64,000 nucleotides of DNA, taken from the NCBI GenBank assembly GCA_963666565.1, contig OY762911.1, positions 3,488,001 to 3,552,000 of the forward strand, given 5' to 3'. Made by a program: the position numbers and the translations under genes. The notes under the pieces are model-generated. The model saw only the letters and a program-made list of their open reading frames with translations. It was not told the DNA's origin and made no database searches. The DNA is from Thermoanaerobaculia bacterium (lineage in GTDB: Bacteria > Acidobacteriota > Thermoanaerobaculia > Multivoradales > Multivoraceae). The first letter of the stretch is position 1. Every line of letters starts with the position of its first letter. Shown here piece after piece: positions 18,249 through 28,176 of this stretch.

Positions 18249-19007
18249 CTAGGTTCGCGAACCGCCCGAGAACACGCGGAAGAGCTTCTTGAGCGGGTCG
18301 TAGAACTCCGACACGACCCGCTCCTTGAGCGGGATGATCGCGTTGTCGGTGATCGTGATGTGCTCCGGGCACACCCTGGTACAGCACTTCGTGATGTTGC
18401 AGTAGCCGATGCCCTCGTCCTGCTTCAGCGAAGCCAGCCGGTCCCCGGTGTCGAGGGGATGCATCTCGAGCGCCGCGTTGTAGACGAAGAAGCGGGGGCC
18501 GACGAACTCGTCGTGCAGGTGGTGGTCCCGCAGCACGTGGCAGACGTCCTGGCACAGGAAGCACTCGATGCACTTGCGGAACTCCTGCACCCGCTCGACG
18601 TCCTCCTGGGCGATGCGCCAGGTGCCGTCCTCGGCGTCAGGCGGCCGGGGCTCGAAGGGTTCGATCTTCTTCTTGACCTCGTAGTTCCAGGACACGTCGC
18701 AGACGAGGTCGCGGATCACTGGAAACGCCCGCATCGGCTCGACGGTCACCGGCCGGTCCGTCGGCAGGTCGCTCATCCGCGTCATGCACATGAGCCGTGG
18801 GTTCCCGTTCACCTCCGCCGAGCAGGACCCGCACTTGCCGGCCTTGCAGTTCCAGCGCACGGCGAGGTCGTTCGCCGACTCCGCCTGGATCTGGTGGACC
18901 GCGTCGAGGACGACCATGCCTTCCGTGACGTCCGTCTCGTAGTCGCGGTAGCCGCCCTCGCCTTCGGCGCCGTCCTGGCGCCAGATTCTGAACTGCGTCG
19001 CGGCCAT
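18249..19007 (-). CDS. sdhB: Succinate dehydrogenase/fumarate reductase iron-sulfur subunit
   Basis: CKAGKCGSC, CIECFLCQDVC, CNITKCCTRVCP. Confidence 0.92.
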   Translation of the reverse strand: MAATQFRIWRQDGAEGEGGYRDYETDVTEGMVVLDAVHQIQAESANDLAVRWNCKAGKCGSCSAEVNGNPRLMCMTRMSDLPTDRPVTVEPMRAFPVIRDLVCDVSWNYEVKKKIEPFEPRPPDAEDGTWRIAQEDVERVQEFRKCIECFLCQDVCHVLRDHHLHDEFVGPRFFVYNAALEMHPLDTGDRLASLKQDEGIGYCNITKCCTRVCPEHITITDNAIIPLKERVVSEFYDPLKKLFRVFSGGSRT

Positions 19008-19008
19008 C

Positions 19009-20817
19009 TCAGCCCATCTCCTCGACCAATCCGGTCAGTTCGTCGCTCATCGGCTCCACCGGCATCTCCTCAACGACCATCTCTCCGTCGGCGCCCCTGG
19101 CGACCCGGACGATGACCTTGCCGAAGTGTTCGTCCTTCCGCGGATAGTCGTCCCGGAACTGCGCGCCGCGGCTTTCGCGCCGCATGAGCCCGGCGCGGGC
19201 GACCGCCTCGGACACGACCAGAAGAGGGTGCAGGTCGAGCGCCGTGTGCCAGCCCGGGTTGTACTCCCGGTTGCCGGGCGCCGACACCGCCTTCGCGCGG
19301 TCGGAGAGCCGGCCGATCTCCTCGATCGCTTCCTCCAGTTCGGACTCGACCCGGACGATGCCGACCTTCTCCTGCATCAGATCCTGGAGTTCGTGCTGGA
19401 TCCGGTACGGCCCCTCGCCGCCTTCCCGTTCAAGCGGTTCCAGCGCCTCCTTGACGCCCGCGTCGACCGCCGCCTCGTCGAGCCGGACCTCGCCCTGCTC
19501 GCCGGCGAAGGCGGCCGCGTACTCGCCCGCCCGCTTGCCGAACACGAGCAGGTCGGAGAGCGAGTTGCCGCCCAGCCGGTTCGCGCCGTGCAGTCCCGCC
19601 GCGCACTCGCCGGCGGCGAAGAGACCCGGCACGGACGACATCTGGCTCTCGGCGTCGACCCGGACGCCGCCCATCACGTAGTGGGTGGTCGGGCCGACCT
19701 CCATCCGTTCCTTCGTGATGTCGAGGCCCGCCAGCTCCTTGAACTGGTGGTACATGGAGGGCAGCTTCTTCCGGATGTGCTCCTCGGAGTTGCCGATCTT
19801 CTCCCTGATCCAGGCGATATCCAGGTAGACGCCGCCGTGCGGCGAACCCTTGCCGGCCTTGATCTGGTCCACGATGCACCGGGCAACGTGGTCCCGGGTC
19901 AGGAGCTCCGGCGGACGCCGCGCGTCGCGGTCGCCGACGACGTAGCGCCAGCCCTCCTCGGCGTTGTCGGCCGTCTGGTCCTTGTAGAGGGGCGGGATGT
20001 CGTCGAACATGAAGCGCTCGCCGTCCGAGTTCAGCAGGACGCCGCCCTCGCCGCGCACGCCTTCCGTGACCAGGATGCCGCGGACGCTGGGCGGCCAGAC
20101 CATCCCGGTCGGGTGGAACTGGACGAACTCCATGTCGATCAGGTCGGCGCCGGCGTCGTAGGCCAGCGTGTGACCGTCGCCGGTGTACTCCCAACTGTTG
20201 CTGGTGATCTTGAAGGCGCGGCCGATGCCGCCGGTGGCAAGCACGACCGCCTTCGCCCGGTAGACGCGGAAACGGCCCCGCTCCCGGTCGTATGCCAGCG
20301 CGCCCGCGACGCGGCCGTCGTCCAGCAGCAGCCGGAAGACGGTGTACTCCATGTGGAAGTCGATTCCCCGGTGGATGCCGTGATCCTGCAGGGTCCGGAT
20401 CATCTCCAGGCCGGTGCGGTCGCCGACATGGGCGAGCCGGGGGTAGCGGTGGCCGCCGAAGTTCCGCTGCAGGATGCGCCCGTCCTTCGTGCGGTCGAAC
20501 AGCGCGCCCCAGGCCTCCAGCTCCAGCGCCCGCGCCGGCGCCTCCTTCGCATGGATCTCCGCCATCTTCGGGTTGCTCAGGTACTGCCCGCCGCGCAGGG
20601 TGTCCGTGACGTGGACCTTCCAGTCGTCGCGCTCGTCCACGTTGCCGATCGCGGCCGCCATGCCGCCCTCGGCCATCACCGTGTGCGCCTTGCCGAGCAG
20701 GGACTTGCAGATCACGCCGCAGGAGACGCCCGCGGCCGAGGCCTCGATCGCGGCCCGCAGGCCGGCCCCGCCCGCGCCGACCACCAGTACGTCGTACTCG
20801 TAGGGGGTCTGCTCCAT
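19009..20817 (-). CDS. sdhA: Succinate dehydrogenase/fumarate reductase flavoprotein subunit
   Basis: GAGGAG, AHTVMAEGG, QFHPTG, HYVMGG, HGANRLGGNSL. Confidence 0.93.
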   Translation of the reverse strand: MEQTPYEYDVLVVGAGGAGLRAAIEASAAGVSCGVICKSLLGKAHTVMAEGGMAAAIGNVDERDDWKVHVTDTLRGGQYLSNPKMAEIHAKEAPARALELEAWGALFDRTKDGRILQRNFGGHRYPRLAHVGDRTGLEMIRTLQDHGIHRGIDFHMEYTVFRLLLDDGRVAGALAYDRERGRFRVYRAKAVVLATGGIGRAFKITSNSWEYTGDGHTLAYDAGADLIDMEFVQFHPTGMVWPPSVRGILVTEGVRGEGGVLLNSDGERFMFDDIPPLYKDQTADNAEEGWRYVVGDRDARRPPELLTRDHVARCIVDQIKAGKGSPHGGVYLDIAWIREKIGNSEEHIRKKLPSMYHQFKELAGLDITKERMEVGPTTHYVMGGVRVDAESQMSSVPGLFAAGECAAGLHGANRLGGNSLSDLLVFGKRAGEYAAAFAGEQGEVRLDEAAVDAGVKEALEPLEREGGEGPYRIQHELQDLMQEKVGIVRVESELEEAIEEIGRLSDRAKAVSAPGNREYNPGWHTALDLHPLLVVSEAVARAGLMRRESRGAQFRDDYPRKDEHFGKVIVRVARGADGEMVVEEMPVEPMSDELTGLVEEMG

Positions 20818-21617
20818 CAGAGAATCCTGAAGTCCGTCCAGACGCCCATCGAGCAGAGCCGGACGTAGATGTCGGAGAACGTGACCCAGATCAGGCTGAG
20901 CCAGGCCCAGGCCATGTGCCGGCGGTTCAGGCAGGAGACGCAGCGGTAGCAGGCGCTCTGGAACGGCTTCCCCGCCATCACATTGCGGAAGCCGCCGATG
21001 ACGTGCCGCGTCGAGTGGCAGCCCAGGGCGTAGCCGCTCAGCAGCAGCCAGTTGATCAGGAGGACGAAGCTGCCGACGCCAACGCCGAAGACGTGGCCGC
21101 CGGAAGCCGTCTCGAACTCGAACGCCCGGTACACGTCGATCGGGAAGAAGACGAAGATCCAGGCCATCATCGCGTACAGGAAGTAGCGGTGGATGTTCTG
21201 GACGATCAGCGGAAAGGAGTTCTCGCCCCGGTAGGCGTTTCGCGGCTCGCCGACCGCGCAGGCGGGCGGGTCGGCCCAGAACGCCTTGTAGTAGGCGCCC
21301 CGGTAGTAGTAGCAGGTGGCGCGGAAGCCGAGAGGCAGGATCAGGATGAACAGCGCCGGCGACTGGGGAACGAAGCTCGGCCACCAGCTCGGGAAGCCCT
21401 CGAACCAGGCGTGGTGCGAGAGGCCGAAAACCTCGGGCGAGTACAGCGGCGAAAGGTAGCCGCCCAGATGGTAGTGGTCGGCCTGAAGCGCCGCCCAGGT
21501 CGCATATGCGCTTGCGAGACCCAGGCCCACGACAACGGCGCCTGGCTGCAGCCACCAGGCGTCCTGGCGCTGCGTCTCACCGAACGATCGCCGCTTCAAC
21601 ACGGCGGAAATGGCCAT
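20817..21617 (-). CDS. Succinate dehydrogenase membrane anchor (mycobacterial Sdh1/Rv0249c-like)
   Basis: Multi-TM protein with FRATCYYYRGAYY, NIHRY, GCHSTRH, HMAWAW; TGATG overlap with sdhA. Confidence 0.8.
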   Translation of the reverse strand: MAISAVLKRRSFGETQRQDAWWLQPGAVVVGLGLASAYATWAALQADHYHLGGYLSPLYSPEVFGLSHHAWFEGFPSWWPSFVPQSPALFILILPLGFRATCYYYRGAYYKAFWADPPACAVGEPRNAYRGENSFPLIVQNIHRYFLYAMMAWIFVFFPIDVYRAFEFETASGGHVFGVGVGSFVLLINWLLLSGYALGCHSTRHVIGGFRNVMAGKPFQSACYRCVSCLNRRHMAWAWLSLIWVTFSDIYVRLCSMGVWTDFRIL

Positions 21618-21687
21618 CTCGGATTCTGTCCTCTCTGGGTCGCTGGATGGAAGTGCGTGGGCGAGGGGCGCGGTCGGCCCGGCGACG

Positions 21688-21698
21688 ATCATAGCCAC
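21688..21698 (-). promoter_or_regulatory. Putative sigma70 -10 element for the sdh operon
   Basis: Minus strand gtggcTATGAT about 70 nt upstream of the anchor start. Confidence 0.45.
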
Positions 21699-21748
21699 AA
21701 AGCCGAGTCCCGATCGAGCCGGGCGCCAGGGGGTGGGCGGCGGCGGGC

Positions 21749-23170
21749 TCAGAGCGCCGGCGAGGAGCGGAGGTCGTCCATCTCGGACACTCCCGCCGCT
21801 TCAACGCCTTCCGCCCGCTCCGCATCGAGCAGAGAGGCGCCGCGTTCGATCCACGTCCGGCCGCGCACCCGGACGGCGAGCAGACCCGCCAGCAACGCCA
21901 CATGGACGATGAAGCAGCTCCAGGCGCCGACCAGGCCCCAGTTCCGCGTCGCGAAGAACACGAGCGGCACGAAGACGAGCCAGGCCACGCCGATGTTCAC
22001 GACCATCGGGTAGGTCGTGTCGCCGGCGCCCCGAAGCGCGCCGGAGTAGATGTTGAACGGCAGCTCGAAGATCAGGCACAGGGTGGCGATGAGAAACAGA
22101 GGCCTGGCGTACGGCAGGAGCGCCGCCAGATCGCCCGCCTCCCGCGCGAACAACTGCATCAGCCACCCGGGGAAACCGACGTAGACGACAGCCATGATCG
22201 CCATCGCCCCGTAGCCCAGCCACATCACGCGCCGGACGACGATGCGTACGTCGCCAAGCTGCCTGGCGCCCAGGCACTGGCCGACCAGCGTCGTGCAACC
22301 GACGGCCAGCGCGACTGCGAGCATGAAAGAGACCGACCAGGCGTGAATCACGGCGTTCGTCGCAGCCATCTCCGCGTCGCCCAGGTTGGCCACGAGGGCC
22401 GTGAAGACGCTGATTCCGCCCATCTCCATGAACACCTGGACGCCGATCGGCAGGCTGACGCGGAGCATCTGGCCGAGCAGGGCCGCCTCCGGGGCCCGGG
22501 GCCGGGTTGCGCCGTAGTCGCGCCCGATCTTCGTCGCCAGAACGCCGGCCAGCAGGCCGAGCGCGACGAGAAACTGGGCGATCACCGTACCGACCGCGGT
22601 GCCCGCGGCGCCAAGTTCCGGGAATCCCCACACGCCGAAAATGAGCAGGTAGTTCAGCCCGCAGTTCAGGGCCAGTTGAATCAGCCCCGCGAACATGGGT
22701 ACCTCCGTGCGTCCGAGGCCGCGGTAGTAGTTCTCCGCGACGAGGAAGATCATCAGGCCCACCGCGGCGCCCAGGCGCACCTCGGTGTAGTCCGTGGCGA
22801 TCGCCTGGACTTCCGCCGACGCCCCCATCACCCGGAACGCCCAGCCGGACAGAGGCGCCGCGAGCAGAACGGCGACGCCCGCGCCGGCGGCCAGGTAGAG
22901 GCCCTGCCAGAAGGCGACGCCGACCCGATCCTTCTTGCCGGCGCCGAAGAACTGGGCGACGAAGGTGTTCACGCCCTGCAGCAGGCCGACGAAGAAGCCG
23001 AGCAGCCACCAGGAGATGATCGCGCCCAGGCCGACCCCGGCCAGGGCGACGACACCCAGACGCCCGACCATCATCGCGTCGATCAGACCCATCGCCGTGT
23101 GGGTCATCTGCGTGACGACGACCGGTCCCGCCAGCGCCAGGATCCGCCGATAGGAGATGTCGATGTTCAT
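21749..23170 (-). CDS. MATE family efflux transporter
   Basis: About 12 TM segments; [30 protein letters not shown]. Confidence 0.9.
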   Translation of the reverse strand: MNIDISYRRILALAGPVVVTQMTHTAMGLIDAMMVGRLGVVALAGVGLGAIISWWLLGFFVGLLQGVNTFVAQFFGAGKKDRVGVAFWQGLYLAAGAGVAVLLAAPLSGWAFRVMGASAEVQAIATDYTEVRLGAAVGLMIFLVAENYYRGLGRTEVPMFAGLIQLALNCGLNYLLIFGVWGFPELGAAGTAVGTVIAQFLVALGLLAGVLATKIGRDYGATRPRAPEAALLGQMLRVSLPIGVQVFMEMGGISVFTALVANLGDAEMAATNAVIHAWSVSFMLAVALAVGCTTLVGQCLGARQLGDVRIVVRRVMWLGYGAMAIMAVVYVGFPGWLMQLFAREAGDLAALLPYARPLFLIATLCLIFELPFNIYSGALRGAGDTTYPMVVNIGVAWLVFVPLVFFATRNWGLVGAWSCFIVHVALLAGLLAVRVRGRTWIERGASLLDAERAEGVEAAGVSEMDDLRSSPAL

Positions 23171-23173
23171 CGG

Positions 23174-23878
23174 TCAAGCTTCCCCGAACAGGGCTTCGAA
23201 CTGCGCCGCCATCCGCGGTCCCGCCCCTTCGTCCTCGTGCTTGAAGAAGACGTAGGTCTCGTTCCAGGGTTGCGCCGCAATCCGGTCGGCCCAGGATCCG
23301 AGCGCCGCCTCGTCGTAGTCCTCGCGGCGCAGGCGAAGATAACCGAACCCGGCGGTGGCGACGAGGGGCGCGTCGTGGTCGCCGCCCGCGTCGGCGATGC
23401 ACAGGGCGGCGCCGGCTCGCTCGAGCGCGGCGAACACGGCGTCGTCGAACCAGCTCGCGTGCCGGAACTCGAACGCCGCCCGCATCCCCTCGGGCAGGCA
23501 TTCGAGAAACGCCGCGAGCCGGTCGTCGTCCCGCCTGAGGTAGGGCGGCAGTTGAAACAGGAACGGCCCCAGCCGCTCGCCCAGCGCGCCGGCCGTGCGG
23601 AAGAGGTAGTCGACCGAGTCGGCCGCGTCACGCAGGCGCTGGTGGTGGGTGATGCGGCGCGACGCCTTCAGCGCGAAGCGGAAGGTCTCCGGCGCCGCGT
23701 CGCGCCAACCATCCAGCAGGTCGGCCTTCGGCATGCGGTAGAACGTGTTGTTGATCTCCACCGCGCCCAGCCTGGAGGCGTAGAACGCGAGCATCTCCGG
23801 CCGCTTCGTGCCGGCCGGGTAGAAGTGCCCCTCCCACGCGGGGTAGGAGAACCCGCTCGTGCCGGTGCGAACCCGCAC
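23174..23878 (-). CDS. DUF72 domain-containing protein
   Basis: [31 protein letters not shown]; C-terminal part of ORF 23174..25222. Confidence 0.88.
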   Translation of the reverse strand: MRVRTGTSGFSYPAWEGHFYPAGTKRPEMLAFYASRLGAVEINNTFYRMPKADLLDGWRDAAPETFRFALKASRRITHHQRLRDAADSVDYLFRTAGALGERLGPFLFQLPPYLRRDDDRLAAFLECLPEGMRAAFEFRHASWFDDAVFAALERAGAALCIADAGGDHDAPLVATAGFGYLRLRREDYDEAALGSWADRIAAQPWNETYVFFKHEDEGAGPRMAAQFEALFGEA

Positions 23879-23904
23879 TGTCTCGATGTCGCCGGAAGCG
23901 CCGG

Positions 23905-25635
23905 TCAGGCGCTGCCGTCGTCCAGGAAGGGGCGCAGCTTCCGCGCCCACTCCGGATTCCGCAGCTTGCGCAGCGCCTTGGACTCGATCTGCCGGATGCG
24001 CTCGCGGGTGACGTTGAACGACTTGCCGACCTCCTCCAGCGTGTGCTCCGAACCCTCGCCCACGCCGAAGCGCATCCGCAGCACCAGCTCCTCGCGCGGC
24101 GACAGCGAGCGCAGTACGTTGCCCGTCTGCTCGCGCAGGTTGGCGGAGATGACCTCGTCGATCGGCGACGGCGAGTTCTTGTCCTCGATGAAGTCGCCGA
24201 GGTGGGAGTCTTCCTCCTCCCCGACCGGCGTCTCGAGCGACACCGGCGCCTGGGCGATCTTCATGATCTTGCGCACCTTGGAGGCGGGCAGGTCCATGTG
24301 CTCGCCGATCTCCTCGGCCGTGGGCTCGCGCCCGAGCTCCTGGACCAGCGACCGCGAAGTGCGGGTCAGCTTGTTGATGTTCTCGATCATGTGGACGGGG
24401 ATGCGGATCGTCCGCGACTGATCGGCGATGGCCCGCGCCACCGCCTGGCGGATCCACCAGGTGGCGTAGGTCGAGAACTTGTAGCCGCGGCGGTACTCGA
24501 ACTTCTCCACCGCCTTCATCAGGCCGATGTTCCCCTCCTGGATCAGGTCCAGGAACTGGAGCCCCCGGTTCGTGTACTTCTTGGCGATCGAGACGACCAG
24601 ACGCAGGTTCGACATGATGAGCTGCTCCTTGGCGCGCTCGCTCAACACCTCGCCGCGCTTGACCTTCGCCACCATCGCGCGGAGCTCTCCCTGCTTGACG
24701 AAGTGGCGCAACTCGAGCTTGCGCACCTCTTCGCGGTACTTCTGGATGCGCCGGCGGTGCAGCGCCCTGAGTTCCTCGTTGCTCTCGCGCTCGAGCGCCA
24801 CCTGCGCCCGGCTGATGTCGCGCTCGCTCCGCCGGAACCGGTTGTCGATCAGCTTGACCAGGTCGACCACCCGGTTGCGGTCCGGACCGGTGAAGCCCAG
24901 CTCCACGATGAGGGCGGAGGCCCGCTCCTCCAGGCGGTCGATGTCGCGCGCGATCTCCTGGAAGCGGTCGCCCTTCGGCGAGTACCGCTTCTGCTTGCGC
25001 CTCGTGCGTTCGAGTTCGTCTTCCAGCTCCTCCATCTTCTGGAACACGCCGTCGCGCTTGGCGATCCGCTTGTGGCCGTTCGGGTCCAGCAGGGAGATGG
25101 GATGTTCGATCTCCACCAGGTGCGAGAGCGGCTTCGCGTTCTTGCGGTCCGCGAGCTCGGTCATCGCCAGCAGGCGGATCATCAGTTGGGGATTCCGGGC
25201 CATCGCCTGGAAGATCTGCCACTCGCCGTCCTCGAGCGAGCGCGCGATCTCGACCTCGCCGTCGCGGTCGAGCAGCGGAACCGTGCTCATCTCCCGCAGG
25301 TACATCCGCACCGGATCGCTGGTGTTCAGCGGTTCGGCGACCGTCGGCGTCGCGGGGTCCTCGTCCGCCTTCTCGATCTCGAGCGTGACCTGCTCGTCGA
25401 GATTCGCCATGTACCAGTCGGGCCGCCGGATCACGCCGACCCGCAGCCCGCGCAGGCGGTCGTAGAGCTCGTCGATCTCGGCCTCGACGCCGACCATGTC
25501 GGCCGGCATCATGTCGTGGATCTCGTCGTTGAGAAGGTACGTCTTCGCCTTCCCCAGCTCGAAGAGCTGGCGAATGGACGTGTACCTCGCTTCAAGGGGC
25601 TTGTTCACGTCCTTCACTGGGGAAACTGCCATCAT
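23905..25635 (-). CDS. rpoD: RNA polymerase sigma-70 factor, RpoD-type
   Basis: [59 protein letters not shown]. Confidence 0.88.
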   Translation of the reverse strand: MMAVSPVKDVNKPLEARYTSIRQLFELGKAKTYLLNDEIHDMMPADMVGVEAEIDELYDRLRGLRVGVIRRPDWYMANLDEQVTLEIEKADEDPATPTVAEPLNTSDPVRMYLREMSTVPLLDRDGEVEIARSLEDGEWQIFQAMARNPQLMIRLLAMTELADRKNAKPLSHLVEIEHPISLLDPNGHKRIAKRDGVFQKMEELEDELERTRRKQKRYSPKGDRFQEIARDIDRLEERASALIVELGFTGPDRNRVVDLVKLIDNRFRRSERDISRAQVALERESNEELRALHRRRIQKYREEVRKLELRHFVKQGELRAMVAKVKRGEVLSERAKEQLIMSNLRLVVSIAKKYTNRGLQFLDLIQEGNIGLMKAVEKFEYRRGYKFSTYATWWIRQAVARAIADQSRTIRIPVHMIENINKLTRTSRSLVQELGREPTAEEIGEHMDLPASKVRKIMKIAQAPVSLETPVGEEEDSHLGDFIEDKNSPSPIDEVISANLREQTGNVLRSLSPREELVLRMRFGVGEGSEHTLEEVGKSFNVTRERIRQIESKALRKLRNPEWARKLRPFLDDGSA

Positions 25636-25796
25636 CGGTCTCCAGGTAGGGGCCAAGCAGGGTTCAGGTGCGGCGGCGCCGAGAGCCGTCCGAGTGGATC
25701 TCGGCCCGCACACTTCCCCGCCCGCCGAGGAAGACCTCGACGAACCGGGAACGTTGAGCGCGGACAGCGCGCTCAAGTGTAGCAGTATGAAGACGA

Positions 25797-26039
25797 TCAG
25801 CCACCCCGAAGTGTTTCGCCCCGCGCTCGCGCGGGAGCCTCGCCGGGGGCCTCGCGTCCGTCCTCGTCTTCAACCGGTGCAGCCGTCGCGATTCTTCCCC
25901 GCTGCCGCAGCGACTCGCGGAGCAGATACTCGATCTGACCGTTGACGCTCCGCAGTTCCGCCGCCGCCAGCCGCTGGACCTCCTCGAACACGCCGAAGTC
26001 GAGACGCAGGAGGAACGCCTTGCGCGGAGGTGCCGCCAC
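25797..26039 (-). CDS. Small Arc/ribbon-helix-helix DNA-binding protein
   Basis: RKAFLLRLD...[16 protein letters not shown]; directly downstream of the SPFH gene. Confidence 0.8.
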   Translation of the reverse strand: MAAPPRKAFLLRLDFGVFEEVQRLAAAELRSVNGQIEYLLRESLRQRGRIATAAPVEDEDGREAPGEAPARARGETLRGG

Positions 26040-26057
26040 CGTTCGACGCCCTTCCGT

Positions 26058-26945
26058 CTACGGATACAGCGTGCCGGCGTTCACCACCGGCTGGGTATGG
26101 CGGTCGCTGCACAGGACGGACAGCAGGTTGCCGACCATGGCGGCCTTCCGTTCGTCGTCGAGGTGCACCACGTCCTTCTCGCTCAGCATCTTCAATGCCT
26201 GCTCCACCATGCCGACGGCGCCGTCCACGATCTGGGCCCGCGCGGCGACCACCGCCGCCGCCTGCTGGCGCTGCAGCATGGCGGCCGCTATCTCCGCCGC
26301 GTAGGCCAGGTGGCTGATCCGGGCCTCGATCACCTCGACGCCGGCGGTCGCCAGCCGCTCCTGGACCTCGCCGCGAAGCCGTTCGGAGATCTCGGCGGTG
26401 TGATGCGACAGGGAGACCTCGCCCTCGTTGTGGGCATCGTAGGGATAGCCCGTCGCCATGTTGCGCAGCGCGGCTTCGCTCTGAACCTGCACGTAGTCCT
26501 CGTAGTCGTCGACGTTGAAGAGCGCCTCGGCGCTGTCCACGACCCGCCAGACGACGACCGCGCCGATCTCGATCGGGTTCCCGGCGTTGTCGTTCACCTT
26601 CAGCTTCCCGGTCTCGAAGTTCCGCGTCCGCACGGACACGCGCCGCTTGCTGAGAAAGGGATTCGCCCAGCGAAGCCCCGTGTCGTAGACGCTGCCCCGG
26701 TAGGAACCGAAGAGCTGAAGGACCTTCGCCTCGTTCGGGTGGACCATGAACAGCCCGAACGTCAGGAAGACGAGAACGGGAATGCACACCGCGCAGAAGA
26801 TCGTGGCGGGGATGACCTGCCAGACGCCGAACACGACGGTCCCGGCGATCGCGAGAGGGATGAGGGGAATGAGCAGGCACAGCATGCCTACGCCCGATTG
26901 GACCGAGAGACGCTTCTCTCGATGCTCTACCATCTGTTGTTCCAT
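26058..26945 (-). CDS. SPFH (band 7) domain membrane protein
   Basis: Two N-terminal TM helices, [34 protein letters not shown]; RBS AAGGAG. Confidence 0.9.
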   Translation of the reverse strand: MEQQMVEHREKRLSVQSGVGMLCLLIPLIPLAIAGTVVFGVWQVIPATIFCAVCIPVLVFLTFGLFMVHPNEAKVLQLFGSYRGSVYDTGLRWANPFLSKRRVSVRTRNFETGKLKVNDNAGNPIEIGAVVVWRVVDSAEALFNVDDYEDYVQVQSEAALRNMATGYPYDAHNEGEVSLSHHTAEISERLRGEVQERLATAGVEVIEARISHLAYAAEIAAAMLQRQQAAAVVAARAQIVDGAVGMVEQALKMLSEKDVVHLDDERKAAMVGNLLSVLCSDRHTQPVVNAGTLYP

Positions 26946-26988
26946 TCGTTGACGACTCCTTCGATTGGGCGGCCGACCGACCACCAGT

Positions 26989-27018
26989 TGATATAGGCGT
27001 GATATCACATTCATATCG
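26989..27018. promoter_or_regulatory. Putative RHH operator: three T(G/C)ATAT half-sites at 11-bp period including palindrome GTGATATCAC
   Basis: AT-rich patch tgatataggcg-tgatatcacat-tcatatcg between divergent genes. Confidence 0.55.
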
Positions 27019-27051
27019 ACATGGCCACCAGGTCGGCTGGCCGACACGGTC

Positions 27052-28176
27052 GTGAAGGCGAACGGACGGGCCGATTCCGGCGCGGCTCTGCGCATCGCAG
27101 GGCGCTTCCGGATCGGGGCGGCCGCAACCGCCGCGGTGGAACTGCGGGCGGGCCACATCAACGACTCGTACGTCGTCTCCGCCGCGAGCGGCCACCGCTT
27201 TCTGCTGCAACGGATCAACGGCCACGTGTTCCCGCGTCCGGCGCAGGTCATGGCCAACGTCGTGCGGATCACGCGCCACCTCGAGCGACGGCTCGGCCCG
27301 GGAAGTGCCCGGCGACGGCTCGTTCTCGTACCCGCGGCGAACGGACAGACGTGGGTCGAAACGCCGGTCGGGGAAGGCCGGGCCGACTGGTGGCGGATGT
27401 ACGAGTTCATCGAGGACACGACGACCGAGCTACGGGCGTCGACCCCGGAGCAGGCCTTCCTCGCCGCGCAGGCGTTCGGCCGCTTCGAGACGCTGCTCGT
27501 CGATCTCCCCGCTCCTCCACTGCACGAGACGATTCCCGGCTTCCACGACACGCCCGGGCGCTTCGAGGCGTTCGACCGCGCACTGGCCGCGGCGGGCGAC
27601 TCGGCCGCCGGCAAGGACCGGCGCCGCCGGGCCGCAGCCGAGATCCGGTCGCTGGCCGGCCACCGCGACCTGGCCGCCCGGCTGAGCGGCGCCGCCGATC
27701 GGGAGTTGCCGCGGCGCACCGTCCACAACGACTGCAAGATCAGCAACGTCCTGTTCGACCGGGCGACCGGCGAAGCGCTGTGCGTCGTCGACCTGGACAC
27801 GACCATGCCCGGACTGGCCGCCTGCGATTTCGGAGACATGGTTCGCTCGATGAGCCACCGTGCCGACGAGGACGCCCGGGACACGGCCGATGCAACCGTC
27901 GACCCGGAGCTCTTCGCCGCCCTGGCCCAGGGCTACCTGGACGGCGCCGGTTTTCTGACCGCGGCGGAGCGTCGCAGCCTGGTCGACGGCGCCCTGGTGC
28001 TGACGCTCGAGCAGGCGGTGCGCTTCCTCACGGACCACCTGGATGGCGACGTCTACTTTCGGGTCGAGCGCCCCGGCCAGAACCTGGATCGTTGCCGGGT
28101 GCAACTGGCGTTGCTCGAGTCGCTGCTGGCGCGTGACGCGGACCTGCGCCGAGTCGTCGGAGGCGCAACCGCCTAG
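27052..28176 (+). CDS. Aminoglycoside phosphotransferase-like kinase (N-acetylhexosamine 1-kinase-like)
   Basis: [40 protein letters not shown]. Confidence 0.85.
   Translation: MKANGRADSGAALRIAGRFRIGAAATAAVELRAGHINDSYVVSAASGHRFLLQRINGHVFPRPAQVMANVVRITRHLERRLGPGSARRRLVLVPAANGQTWVETPVGEGRADWWRMYEFIEDTTTELRASTPEQAFLAAQAFGRFETLLVDLPAPPLHETIPGFHDTPGRFEAFDRALAAAGDSAAGKDRRRRAAAEIRSLAGHRDLAARLSGAADRELPRRTVHNDCKISNVLFDRATGEALCVVDLDTTMPGLAACDFGDMVRSMSHRADEDARDTADATVDPELFAALAQGYLDGAGFLTAAERRSLVDGALVLTLEQAVRFLTDHLDGDVYFRVERPGQNLDRCRVQLALLESLLARDADLRRVVGGATA

Noticed and set aside
13936-18573. Very long alternative ORFs (e.g. 1545 aa here, 42674-46411, 56130-60140, 37-1245)
   Set aside because: Antisense or off-frame shadows of motif-bearing genes; Arg/Pro/Ala-rich and expected in high-GC DNA
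19009-21555. SdhA fused to an N-terminal extension
   Set aside because: The extension overlaps the anchor gene in another frame; the FAD-binding start is at 20817
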